Virus record (IMG/VR): IMGVR_UViG_3300027728_001630
Coordinates: 1-53,565 of that record
Length of the DNA: 53,565 bases
Strand: one strand, 5' to 3'
Origin: a virus
Lineage: Duplodnaviria > Caudoviricetes
A model generated the notes under the pieces. The model saw only the letters and a list, made by a program, of their open reading frames with translations. It was not told the DNA's origin and searched no databases. Below, in pieces: positions 8,544-17,190 of this stretch (position 1 is its first letter; each line of letters starts with the position of its first letter). The translations under genes were made by a program, and so were the position numbers.

Positions 8544-8873
8544 ATGGGTGGTGGTGGAGCTTCAAAGCCCCCTGCGCCGCAGCCGCCGTCGGCCATGCCG
8601 GTGGAGGACTCAATCGCATCAAAGCGAGAGGCCGCTGCGATCGCGACGCAGCGCGCCGGCGCAGCATCGCGCAACGCCAACGACCTCAACCAGGACCGGG
8701 ACGCTGGCGACAAAGAGCCAGCGATTACGCGCGCCCAACTCGGCGCGGTCCAGCAGTTCGGCCCCCAGCCGCGCCCGACCGGGCCACGCGGGGATAAGTC
8801 GCTTCGAGGTCCGCAGGCCGCCGCATCAATGAGCGCCAGCGGCATGGGCGCACCAGCCATCATCACTGGCTAA
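8544..8873 (+). CDS. small Pro/Ala-rich virion protein, paralog 1 (ends PAIITG)
   Basis: AAGGAG RBS; position upstream of portal. Confidence 0.75.
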   Translation: MGGGGASKPPAPQPPSAMPVEDSIASKREAAAIATQRAGAASRNANDLNQDRDAGDKEPAITRAQLGAVQQFGPQPRPTGPRGDKSLRGPQAAASMSASGMGAPAIITG

Positions 8874-8887
8874 AGGGAGACGTCAGC

Positions 8888-9172
8888 ATGTCAGGCAAAC
8901 AGGCACCACCGGCACCACCGCCACCGCCACCACCATCGCCGCCGCCAAAGGTTGACCCGAACGCTTTTGCCGACAAGCAGACCAAAGCTGTGGGTGTATC
9001 GGCATCGGCTGCTGAGCGGGAAGCGGCCGAAGAGACAAAGAGCAAGGGGCTTGGGGCTACTGGCGCAGCGCCACAGACCCGTAAGCGGACAGGTAGCGTC
9101 ACCAAGGACCCAGCCGCTGCGGTGTCAAACATGAACGGGGCGCTCGCCTCACCAGCCGTCCTTACCGGTTAA
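8888..9172 (+). CDS. small Pro/Ala-rich virion protein, paralog 2 (ends PAVLTG)
   Basis: AAGGGAG RBS; shared C-terminal motif. Confidence 0.75.
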   Translation: MSGKQAPPAPPPPPPPSPPPKVDPNAFADKQTKAVGVSASAAEREAAEETKSKGLGATGAAPQTRKRTGSVTKDPAAAVSNMNGALASPAVLTG

Positions 9173-9187
9173 CCAGGAGACCCTAGC

Positions 9188-9523
9188 ATGTCTGGAAAGA
9201 AATCTTCTGCCGCCGCCCCTGTTGCAGCCCCGGCGCAGGTGCAGACGCCCGACGTCGACGTGGCTCAGCTTGCCGCGAAGAAGGCGCTGGAGGCTCGGGG
9301 CGACGCCTCAGCCTCAACGTCGGCGACCAATGCAGACGACGAGTCCGACGGCCTGAAGTCGTCGACCATGCTGGCATCCACTGGCCAGCCACAGCGGGGG
9401 GCGGCACCACCCCCTGGCGGTCAGCCTGCCGCCCGCCGGAAGCCTAAGCCAGCCATGGACCCGGCCGCCGGCATGGTGTCCCCCATGGGCGGCATGGGTG
9501 GCCCAGCAGTTCTAACCGGTTGA
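9188..9523 (+). CDS. small Pro/Ala-rich virion protein, paralog 3 (ends PAVLTG)
   Basis: AGGAG RBS; shared C-terminal motif. Confidence 0.75.
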   Translation: MSGKKSSAAAPVAAPAQVQTPDVDVAQLAAKKALEARGDASASTSATNADDESDGLKSSTMLASTGQPQRGAAPPPGGQPAARRKPKPAMDPAAGMVSPMGGMGGPAVLTG

Positions 9524-9532
9524 GGTAAAACT

Positions 9533-9844
9533 ATGGGCGGAGCCAAGCAATCCACGCCGACGACGGCATCTCTCCCGCCGCCGCCGCCGCCGACAATCGA
9601 GTACGACCCGTCGACGTCGGCCGCAGAGGGCGCGCTCGCTGCACAAGCCAAGCAGTCCTACGCATCAAGCGTCGACGGCGAGGAAAAGAAGGCCAAGGAC
9701 GGCCAAGCCGGTCTGGCGTCCACCGCCGCATCACCAGCCAACACTCGCACGCAGACGCAGACCAAGAAGCGGCGCGATGCCGGGGCTGCACCGATGATGA
9801 CGCAACAGGCTGGCCTCGGCGGCACAGCAGTTCTGACAGGATAA
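9533..9844 (+). CDS. small Pro/Ala-rich virion protein, paralog 4 (ends TAVLTG)
   Basis: GAGGT RBS; shared C-terminal motif; abuts portal. Confidence 0.75.
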   Translation: MGGAKQSTPTTASLPPPPPPTIEYDPSTSAAEGALAAQAKQSYASSVDGEEKKAKDGQAGLASTAASPANTRTQTQTKKRRDAGAAPMMTQQAGLGGTAVLTG

Positions 9845-9845
9845 G

Positions 9846-11609
9846 ATGAGCCACCTCGGCCGGGAGATGCTGCAACTCGGGGATTCCCTTTTTGCGAAGA
9901 AGGCCAACCTCGACAGTCTCCACCAGACGATTGCCGAGTTGATCTACCCCGAGCGGGCTAACTTCACGCGCGAGCGCACCGACGGCGACGAGTACGCCGA
10001 CAATATGTACGAGTCGATCCCGGCCCAGGCTCGCCGCGATCTGGCTGGTGCGATCGGCGCTATCCTCCGCCCTCGAAGTAAAGAGTGGTTCCGGCCCGAG
10101 CCCGCCGACGATTGGCGCAAGACGCACGCCGCCAACGTTTTCAGCGACTACGCCCGCGATGTCATGCGGCGGCAACTTTATAGCGGACGGTCGCGGTTTC
10201 AGAAGACCATGGCCGACTGCGACGACGATTTCGTGTCGTTCGGCAACGCGGTCCCGATCCTGACGGAAGCCCCTGACCGATCCGGCTACCTCTTCGAGAT
10301 CAGCCACCCTCGAGACAACGCATGGTCGGTCAATCGCTCTGGCGATGTCGACGTCAACCACCGTAAGTTCAAGAAGACGCTCAGGGCCGCCGTCCAGCAG
10401 TACGGCCTCGACATGCTCACCCCGTCCCAGCAGGAGCGGCTTGAGAAGGCGCCATACGAAGAAATCACTCTCCGCCACGTCGTCATGCCAGCGGCCGACA
10501 TCGGGCGGTACGACCTACCCCGCGGCAAGCTCGGCGGCAAGCCGTTCGCATCCCTGACGATAAACCCCGACAGCGGCGTGCTCATGCGCGTCGGTGGGTA
10601 CTGGGAGTTCCCGATCCTCCATCGTCGCTGGCGTGTGAGCGATAGCGCCTATGGGTATTCCCCGGCTGCAACGCTGGCCCTTGTCGACGGGCGCGTTCTT
10701 CAGTCCCAGGCCCGCGTGATCATGGACGCCGGCGAACTGGCCGTGGCACCACCACTGCTCGCCAAGCGCGATGCTGTGCTCGGTAGCGTCAAGAACTACC
10801 CGGCCTCGGTCACGTGGCTCGACATGGACTACGACGAGCGGTTCGGTGACATCGTTCGTCCTCTCGAGACCGGCGGCAACGTCAAGATCGGCCTCGACAT
10901 GAAGGTCGACACCCGCCAGATCCTGCAGGCGGCGTTCTTCCTGAACAAGCTTTCGCTGCCGTCCGATCGCAGCATGACGGCCTATGAGGCGTCCGAGCGC
11001 GTTGCCGAGTACGTCCGGTCGGCGGGCCCGGTGTTCGAGCCGTTCGAGGCAGACAACGAGCGCGTGCTGTCGACGCTGTTCATGATGAACATGCGGCTCG
11101 GCTACTTCGGCCCGGTCGAGTCGATCCCAGCCGAGATCAAGGCCGGCGAAATCAACTGGGTATTCGATACCCCAGTCTCCCAAGCCTACAAGCGCATCAA
11201 GGTCCAGAAGGCTCGGGAGACGGTCGAGCTTCTCACCCCGCTTCTCCAGATCAAGCCCGAGGTCGTCGACAACGTCGACCTCGACAAGATGACTCGCGAC
11301 ACGATGGAGAACCTCGGCGGCGAGGCCTCGTGGCTCGTCCCGATTGAGAAGATCAAGGAAGAGCGCGATGCGCGCGCCGCCCAGATCGCCGAGATGGAAG
11401 AGATGAAGAAGGCCGATGCGATGGCCGGCCTCGCCGACAAGGCGGCCGGGGCCGGAGCCAAGGCCGCAGGCGCGGTGCCGATGCTGCCTCAGCTTCAAGC
11501 GATGTTCGGCCAGCAGCAGCAGGGGCAGCAAGAGCAGCCGATCGATCCGCTCGACGACTTCCCAGACGTCGAGGACCCGTTCGCTGACATGATGGCAGGT
11601 GTTCAATGA
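9846..11609 (+). CDS. portal / head-tail connector protein
   Basis: 587 aa; WF, FGNA, RW....YGYSP, MTAYE..ER motifs of T7/BPP-1-type connectors; synteny. Confidence 0.9.
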   Translation: MSHLGREMLQLGDSLFAKKANLDSLHQTIAELIYPERANFTRERTDGDEYADNMYESIPAQARRDLAGAIGAILRPRSKEWFRPEPADDWRKTHAANVFSDYARDVMRRQLYSGRSRFQKTMADCDDDFVSFGNAVPILTEAPDRSGYLFEISHPRDNAWSVNRSGDVDVNHRKFKKTLRAAVQQYGLDMLTPSQQERLEKAPYEEITLRHVVMPAADIGRYDLPRGKLGGKPFASLTINPDSGVLMRVGGYWEFPILHRRWRVSDSAYGYSPAATLALVDGRVLQSQARVIMDAGELAVAPPLLAKRDAVLGSVKNYPASVTWLDMDYDERFGDIVRPLETGGNVKIGLDMKVDTRQILQAAFFLNKLSLPSDRSMTAYEASERVAEYVRSAGPVFEPFEADNERVLSTLFMMNMRLGYFGPVESIPAEIKAGEINWVFDTPVSQAYKRIKVQKARETVELLTPLLQIKPEVVDNVDLDKMTRDTMENLGGEASWLVPIEKIKEERDARAAQIAEMEEMKKADAMAGLADKAAGAGAKAAGAVPMLPQLQAMFGQQQQGQQEQPIDPLDDFPDVEDPFADMMAGVQ

Positions 11610-11956
11610 GCCTCATGCCCAACACGCGCAAGCGCCCGCTGCACACCGGTTTCGTCAAAGAGCGTACCCTGCATTTGCCGCTTGAGCGCGACCCCTGGAT
11701 GCCGCCGCCCTACGACAACAGCGACGTCGTCGCGTTCCGGGCGCTGCGTGAAGGCCGAGCCGATGGCTACCAGCAGATGCGGGCCATGGAGTGGATCGTG
11801 TTCGCGTCTGGCACCTACGAAAACCCGTTCAGGCCAGGCGGCACGGACGCGGACAGAGCAACCAACTTTGCAATGGGCAAGCAGTTTGTCGGTCAGCAGA
11901 TCGTCAAGCTCATGAACACGCCCGTGCGCAACGACGAGCAAGGGGAACAAGACTAA
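11606..11956 (+). CDS. Bbp19-like protein
   Basis: Position after portal; F.PG....T.FA.GKQFVGQQI motif. Confidence 0.7.
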   Translation: MSLMPNTRKRPLHTGFVKERTLHLPLERDPWMPPPYDNSDVVAFRALREGRADGYQQMRAMEWIVFASGTYENPFRPGGTDADRATNFAMGKQFVGQQIVKLMNTPVRNDEQGEQD

Positions 11957-12936
11957 TGCCTCCGATGATGAACGACGACGCCGACGCGCTCGATGCCGAT
12001 GACACGGTCGATACCGGTGCTGATGAAGGTGGTGCGGGTACGCAAGAGACCACCAAGGTTGCTGCTGGCGCCGCCGACAAGGCGACCGACGGTCAGATGA
12101 CCGCCGCCAACTGGGACGAGAAGTGGCGCGACAAGATGATTGCCGGACTGCCCGAGACGCAGCGCGAGAAGGCCAAGCCGTATCTGGCCAAGCGTTCGTC
12201 CCCCTACGACGTTCTAAACGCTGCGCTGTCGGCCGACGCCAAGATCAGCGAAGTGACGCGCGATCGGGTCAAGATCCCAACCGGCAAGAACGACGACCCG
12301 AAAGAGGTCGAGCGGTTCCGCAAGGCGATGGGCATCCCCGAGAAGCCCGAGGACTACAAGTTCGAGATCCCCAAGGAATACGGCACCCCTTCGGAGCTTG
12401 ACACCGAGCTGATCGGCGAATTCCAGCAGGAAATGCACGCGGCCGGCGCGAACCAGAAGCAGGTCGAGGTCGCCAGCCGGATGTACTTCGCCGTCCAGCA
12501 GCGCGCCAATGCAGCCAAGGCGGCTGAAGCCATGGCACTTGATCGCAAGGGCGAGCAGGAAATCAAGGGCTTCCACGGCAAGGCGTTCCCCCAGGTCGTC
12601 GAGCTCACCAACCGGATGATGGCCGACGGTCTCGGCAAATACGGCTGGACAGAGCCCCAGCAGCGTACCGACTTCCTGTCGATGCGGCTTGAGAACGGCC
12701 AGAAGCTCGGTAGTTTCCCCCCGTTCGTCAACTTCATGGCGGACCTTGCCAAGGAACGGGCCGATGAAGGCGCGTTCGACATGGGCGACGGGGACGACGG
12801 CGAAGACACGAATGCCCAGATCGCCAAGATCATCGCCACGCGCGACACCGATCCGAAGGGTTACGCGCGAGCCGATACCCAGGCGACCCTCGACAAGCTG
12901 ATCGCCAAGCAGCAGCGGATGTCAAGGCGGAAGTGA
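11956..12936 (+). CDS. capsid scaffolding protein
   Basis: TAATG-coupled start at 11956; acidic N-terminus, G.PEKPEDYKF motif; between portal and capsid. Confidence 0.75.
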   Translation: MPPMMNDDADALDADDTVDTGADEGGAGTQETTKVAAGAADKATDGQMTAANWDEKWRDKMIAGLPETQREKAKPYLAKRSSPYDVLNAALSADAKISEVTRDRVKIPTGKNDDPKEVERFRKAMGIPEKPEDYKFEIPKEYGTPSELDTELIGEFQQEMHAAGANQKQVEVASRMYFAVQQRANAAKAAEAMALDRKGEQEIKGFHGKAFPQVVELTNRMMADGLGKYGWTEPQQRTDFLSMRLENGQKLGSFPPFVNFMADLAKERADEGAFDMGDGDDGEDTNAQIAKIIATRDTDPKGYARADTQATLDKLIAKQQRMSRRK

Positions 12937-12965
12937 CGCGGCGCGGGCTATGACCGGAGCACCCG

Positions 12966-13331
12966 ATGGACAGTCTTGACAAGTTTCTCGCGTGGTTCGA
13001 CGGCTTCAGCGAGAACATCCCCGACCAGCCCGACGCCAAGCAATGGGCGCGGGTATGTTCTCGGATCAAAGCGCTTGAGGCGGCGGCAGAGTCACGGCCG
13101 CCTGTTGCGGCCACCCCGGTTGCGCCCCGCGCGCCGGTCGTTGTCCAGCCGCCACCACCTCCGACCTTCGCCAAGACGACACCGGAATGGAGCGCGCGCT
13201 ACCAAGTCAAGCTGATCGAGATCGGCCTCGACGATGAAAGTGCCCGCGACATGGTCAACTCGACAGACGTCGACCTCGGCATCATGCCCGAGGATCGCGC
13301 CCGAGAAGATGCTGGTCCAATGATGAACTGA
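12966..13331 (+). CDS. hypothetical protein
   Basis: GGAG RBS; F.AWFDGFSENI...P..KQW motif. Confidence 0.7.
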   Translation: MDSLDKFLAWFDGFSENIPDQPDAKQWARVCSRIKALEAAAESRPPVAATPVAPRAPVVVQPPPPPTFAKTTPEWSARYQVKLIEIGLDDESARDMVNSTDVDLGIMPEDRAREDAGPMMN

Positions 13332-13341
13332 AGAGGTGGTG

Positions 13342-13518
13342 ATGGACGAGAGCACGACAAAACCAAGAGACGAGCCGGTGCTGGTCGAGGATCAAAAGGT
13401 TCTGAGCGTCACCACCCGCCACGCCCGTTGCGTCCTGCTGATGCGCGGGACGGACATCATCAAGGCTCGCCGCCAGCCGGTTTGGCTCAACGGCGGGCTG
13501 GTACGCGTTATCGACTGA
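13342..13518 (+). CDS. small hypothetical protein
   Basis: GAGGTGG RBS before ATG 13342. Confidence 0.55.
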   Translation: MDESTTKPRDEPVLVEDQKVLSVTTRHARCVLLMRGTDIIKARRQPVWLNGGLVRVID

Positions 13519-13523
13519 AGTTC

Positions 13524-13550
13524 GCACCTGTAAGGAATCCTTACAAGTGC
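13524..13550. promoter_or_regulatory. 27-bp near-perfect palindrome (operator-like)
   Basis: GCACCTGTAAGGA-A-TCCTTACAAGTGC, 12 of 13 pairs, 1-nt centre. Confidence 0.55.
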
Positions 13551-13829
13551 ACCATTCTCGGTTCCATCGACACGTCCATTCCGATGTGTCGATCCGATCA
13601 ACACAAACCCCATTTCCAGTTTGGTCCTTTACGCCCGGCACCCCAGAATACCCGGCCCGAGCAGCACGACCCTTAGACCCAGGACAGCACCGATCGACTC
13701 ACACGGCGGCATTCGTGTCGGCCCGTCGCACCTTCGCGTGCGCGGCACCCCGATCCAACGCCACCTGCGGGCACCCGACGCGCCGTTCTCCCGGACTGAT
13801 CCCAACCGGCTCAACTCAGGAGAGATACA

Positions 13830-14663
13830 ATGGCCGACATCACAATTATGCAGACGAAGTACAACATGGAGTTCACTCCAGTGTACGAGCAGAAGCAGTC
13901 CCACCTCCGTGGCACTGTAACGACCGAAGGCGACGTCAAGGGCGACAAGTTTATTTTCATCATCGAAGGTGTGGCCGACGAGGCCGTTACCCGCGGTGCG
14001 AACGGCAACATCCCTTACGCTTCGGACGACCAGTCGAGCCAGACGTGCGTGCTCGCCGAGTCGCACCACCTCGCCCGCAAGAACAACTTCCAGATCGTTT
14101 CATCGTCGGTGCCGCAGCGCACGTCGATGCAGCGCCGCGGTGTTGTCTCGATCAATCGCAAGACCGACAACCTCATCCTGACGCAGCTCGCAACCACCAC
14201 GTTCGCGACGAACGGTGGCGGGACCATCGCCGGCATGGGTCTCGGCTCGCTGCTCGAGTCGACGGCCATCCTTGCCGCCAACCAGGTCCCTGACGATGGC
14301 GAGCTCTACGGCTTGCTGACTCCAATGGCATGGGCGCACGCGATGAAGATCAACCAGTTCGCCAGCGGCGACTGGGTGCCAGACCGTCCCTTCATGAAGT
14401 ACACCATGTGGCGCGATTGGAACGGCGTGAAGTGGTGCCGTCACCCCAACCTGCCTGGCGTCGGCACCTCGGCTGCGTCGTGCTTCGTCTACCACAAGTC
14501 TTCGGTCGGTCACGGCCTGAACATGGGTGAGATGACGACCAAGGTCGGCCAGAACGAAGAGCACGACTACTCGTGGGCCCGCACGTCTGCCTACCAGGGC
14601 GCAAAGGCTCTGCAGGTCGGCGGCATCGTCAAGATGACCCACAACGACACCACCGCGCTCTAA
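13830..14663 (+). CDS. major capsid protein
   Basis: AGGAG RBS; EQKQSHLRGTV N-terminal motif, 277 aa, strong codon bias, synteny. Confidence 0.85.
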   Translation: MADITIMQTKYNMEFTPVYEQKQSHLRGTVTTEGDVKGDKFIFIIEGVADEAVTRGANGNIPYASDDQSSQTCVLAESHHLARKNNFQIVSSSVPQRTSMQRRGVVSINRKTDNLILTQLATTTFATNGGGTIAGMGLGSLLESTAILAANQVPDDGELYGLLTPMAWAHAMKINQFASGDWVPDRPFMKYTMWRDWNGVKWCRHPNLPGVGTSAASCFVYHKSSVGHGLNMGEMTTKVGQNEEHDYSWARTSAYQGAKALQVGGIVKMTHNDTTAL

Positions 14664-14734
14664 TCGCTGAGCGGGTGGTAACCGCCCGCTCGACGATCCT
14701 CGTTCCCCCCCAATCGTCATAAAGGACCAATCAC

Positions 14735-15295
14735 ATGGCATATGATTCCCTCGAGCTTCGGCTCATCACCCAGGCCGGCAGCGCCGGCCAGACGTGGCGC
14801 TACGAAGGAACGGACACCCCGTCCGTCGTGGCCGCCGCCAACTTCATCTCCGATGCCAAAGAGCGCGGAATGAACATTGGCGACAAGGTTGAGGTCCGTC
14901 AGTTCGCCACCACAGCCAAGGCCGCACTGACGGCGAGCAGCGAGTTCGTTGCGACCGCAGTCGCTGCGGCTGGTGCAACCCTTGGCGCTGGCAGCAGCGG
15001 CACGGCGACTGCCGTAGCTGGCGCGGCAACGCTCTCTGCACTTCGGGGTGTGGTGACGACGGAAGCCCTGACGACTGCTGCGGCTGCCGAATACACGCTA
15101 ACTTTGACCAACACCCAGATCGCGGCCGGCGATTTTGTGCTGGCTACGGCAGACGCCGGCGCATCGACCGGCACGCCCGGCATCGGCGGCTGCACGGTAA
15201 CGGCTGGTCAGGTGGTCATCACGGTCACCAACCACCACGCATCGGTAGCTTTCAACGCCGCCATCAAGATCGGATTCCTGGTCGTCAAGCCATAA
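14735..15295 (+). CDS. putative capsid decoration/cement protein
   Basis: Ala/Thr/Gly-rich beta protein directly after capsid gene. Confidence 0.55.
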   Translation: MAYDSLELRLITQAGSAGQTWRYEGTDTPSVVAAANFISDAKERGMNIGDKVEVRQFATTAKAALTASSEFVATAVAAAGATLGAGSSGTATAVAGAATLSALRGVVTTEALTTAAAAEYTLTLTNTQIAAGDFVLATADAGASTGTPGIGGCTVTAGQVVITVTNHHASVAFNAAIKIGFLVVKP

Positions 15296-15323
15296 GCCGA
15301 GCGCTGAGCATCTGAAGCACGCG

Positions 15324-15357
15324 AAGGGGCGGTCCAGTCAAACGGGCCGCCCTTTTT
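15324..15357 (+). terminator. intrinsic terminator after capsid genes
   Basis: GGGCGGTCC/GGGCCGCCC stem followed by TTTTT. Confidence 0.7.
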
Positions 15358-15378
15358 CCATTTGAAACAAGGAACATC

Positions 15379-15855
15379 ATGGCCAAGACACCAACCAAGG
15401 CAGCGGCCTCCGCCCGCAAGGTCGCGCTGCAGCTACCGAGCCAAGCCATTCAGCCGGCAGGAAACCTCTGGAACGGCTGGGCCGTGATCGCCCCGGCAGA
15501 CCACACCATCGAGGACTGTCTGCACCCCCGCTATCTGTGGACCAAAGCCGAGCAAATCCGCCCGCTCGACTACATTGAGATCAAGCACGTCCACGGCAAT
15601 TTCGTTCTGTGCCTCGACGTCATTCGCACCGACAACGCCGCCCGCGCGCTGATCTGCCGGCCGCGTCATGTGTTCGACTATGCCGAGTCCAGCCTGCCGG
15701 ATGCCGATCTGTCTGGCGCTCGCATCGAATTCCTCGGGCCAGATCGCCAGTGGGCTGTTGTCGATGATCACCATGTCGTCGTCGACAACCAGCCGACACG
15801 CGCTGACGCCGAATCATGGCTCGCCAAGCGCACGAAGAAGGCTGAGGCCGCCTAA
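15379..15855 (+). CDS. hypothetical protein
   Basis: AAGGA RBS; TAATG overlap with next gene. Confidence 0.75.
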   Translation: MAKTPTKAAASARKVALQLPSQAIQPAGNLWNGWAVIAPADHTIEDCLHPRYLWTKAEQIRPLDYIEIKHVHGNFVLCLDVIRTDNAARALICRPRHVFDYAESSLPDADLSGARIEFLGPDRQWAVVDDHHVVVDNQPTRADAESWLAKRTKKAEAA

Positions 15856-16469
15856 TGCCCACCAAGCTGACGGTATTCAACAGCGCGGTCGGCATCATGG
15901 GGCTTAACCTGCTCCAGAGCGACACGGCACAGAACGAGGTCGTGCGCACGCTCAACACCCACTGGCTGCCCGCCTGCGAATACTGTCACGAGAAGACGGC
16001 ATGGGACCACGCTAAGGCCCGGGCCAATCTCGGCCGGCTCGAGGCTGTTCCCGTATCGACCTACGACTACTACTACGCCCTACCGAACGATTGCCTGCGG
16101 GTTCTGCACGTCTCGGATACCGGCGATGACGGGGACGATCTTCTCGATTACTCCATCGAAGAGGGCAAGATCGCGACGTCAATGGGAGCGGTCTACATCG
16201 TCTATGTGTCCGACCGGCGGATCGACAAGCCGGGGGCGTGGTCTCAGACGTTTGCAGATTTCGTGGCGGCGGATCTAGCCCTGAGAGCCGCGCCCAAGCT
16301 CAACCCGTCAGCCAAAGACGATGCCATGAAGGCGGTCAAGCGGTTCGGCTCCGACGCGATCGGGCTGGACGCCACGCAGGGCCCGACCAAACTCCAGAAG
16401 CATGGTTCGTGGTCGCGCGCTGCTCGAGGATACCGCCGCGGCGGCAACATTGACCGCGAGCAACGCTGA
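15855..16469 (+). CDS. tail tubular protein A / adaptor (T7 gp11-like)
   Basis: N.A...G, W.HA, YYYALPNDCLRV motifs; synteny. Confidence 0.8.
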   Translation: MPTKLTVFNSAVGIMGLNLLQSDTAQNEVVRTLNTHWLPACEYCHEKTAWDHAKARANLGRLEAVPVSTYDYYYALPNDCLRVLHVSDTGDDGDDLLDYSIEEGKIATSMGAVYIVYVSDRRIDKPGAWSQTFADFVAADLALRAAPKLNPSAKDDAMKAVKRFGSDAIGLDATQGPTKLQKHGSWSRAARGYRRGGNIDREQR

Positions 16470-16474
16470 TGGCG

Positions 16475-17122
16475 CTAGGGTCTCGGCTTCCGGCGCTCTG
16501 TGTGGGCGAGGGTTGGCGTGTTGATTGCGTCTTCAATGGTCCATCTTGTGGAGCGCACAAGACGCGATCTAATCGTTTCCTTCGGCACGCCAGTCGCCAG
16601 CGCAAGCTGGATCATCGTGTAGGTCTGGCCTCGGTACTCGAACAATTGGTTCGTCGACCTGTTGTTGGCCTGCTGTTTCTTGTCGCCCCACCGGCAGTTG
16701 CCTGGTTCATAGTGCCCGTCGTTATCAAGTCGATCAAGCGTCGTTCCTGGCGGCCGCTCCCCCATGTCGGCGAGAAAGTTGTCAAAGACGAGCCACCTCT
16801 TGCACAGCTTGATGCCCCGTTTTCTGTAATGTTCGTAGCTTGTGGAATTGGGTCTGGTGCATCGCGAAACCATGTTTCGCCACGACGTGTAGGTTGGCGA
16901 TGGTGGCGCGGTGCGGCTCGTGTGCTTGTGGCGTCCCCTCAAGCATCCGCAGGACTTGGTGTGGCCAGATCTAAGCTTTTCGCTGGTCACCACAACCTCA
17001 TCTCCGCACTCGCACCTGCAACGCCACCTCAGGTGTCGTCCAGGACTTGTTGCGGGCAAGCACTCAATGGCTATGAGCCTGCCGAAAGTCTTGCCAACAA
17101 GATTTTTAGCCGCCGACATCAT
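16475..17122 (-). CDS. HNH homing endonuclease (free-standing, antisense insertion)
   Basis: KTFGRL, WRCRCECG, TKSCGC, W..M..RC, GIKLC.RW..F..F..DMG, TLDRLDNDGHYEPGNCRW...QANN; GAGGG RBS before ATG 17122. Confidence 0.88.
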   Translation of the reverse strand: MMSAAKNLVGKTFGRLIAIECLPATSPGRHLRWRCRCECGDEVVVTSEKLRSGHTKSCGCLRGRHKHTSRTAPPSPTYTSWRNMVSRCTRPNSTSYEHYRKRGIKLCKRWLVFDNFLADMGERPPGTTLDRLDNDGHYEPGNCRWGDKKQQANNRSTNQLFEYRGQTYTMIQLALATGVPKETIRSRLVRSTRWTIEDAINTPTLAHTERRKPRP

Positions 17123-17145
17123 CGCGTCGCCCTCTGTCTTACGAC

Positions 17146-17174
17146 ACTGTACCATCTATCAACAACGCGTTCAA
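17146..17174 (-). promoter_or_regulatory. promoter of HNH gene
   Basis: TTGAAC-N17-TACAGT with TG extension. Confidence 0.5.
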
Positions 17175-17190
17175 CCGTTGGAGCGTTTTG

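Noticed and set aside
9531-11606. Long minus-strand ORFs over the portal (and similar ones at 26782-27801, 31378-32445, 34738-35796, 44953-46005)
   Set aside because: Codon-aligned antisense shadows expected in GC-rich genes; no motifs or RBS
13547-14293. 248-aa ORF overlapping the capsid leader and gene
   Set aside because: Off-frame, R/P/H-rich, no RBS; the true capsid start at 13830 has AGGAG
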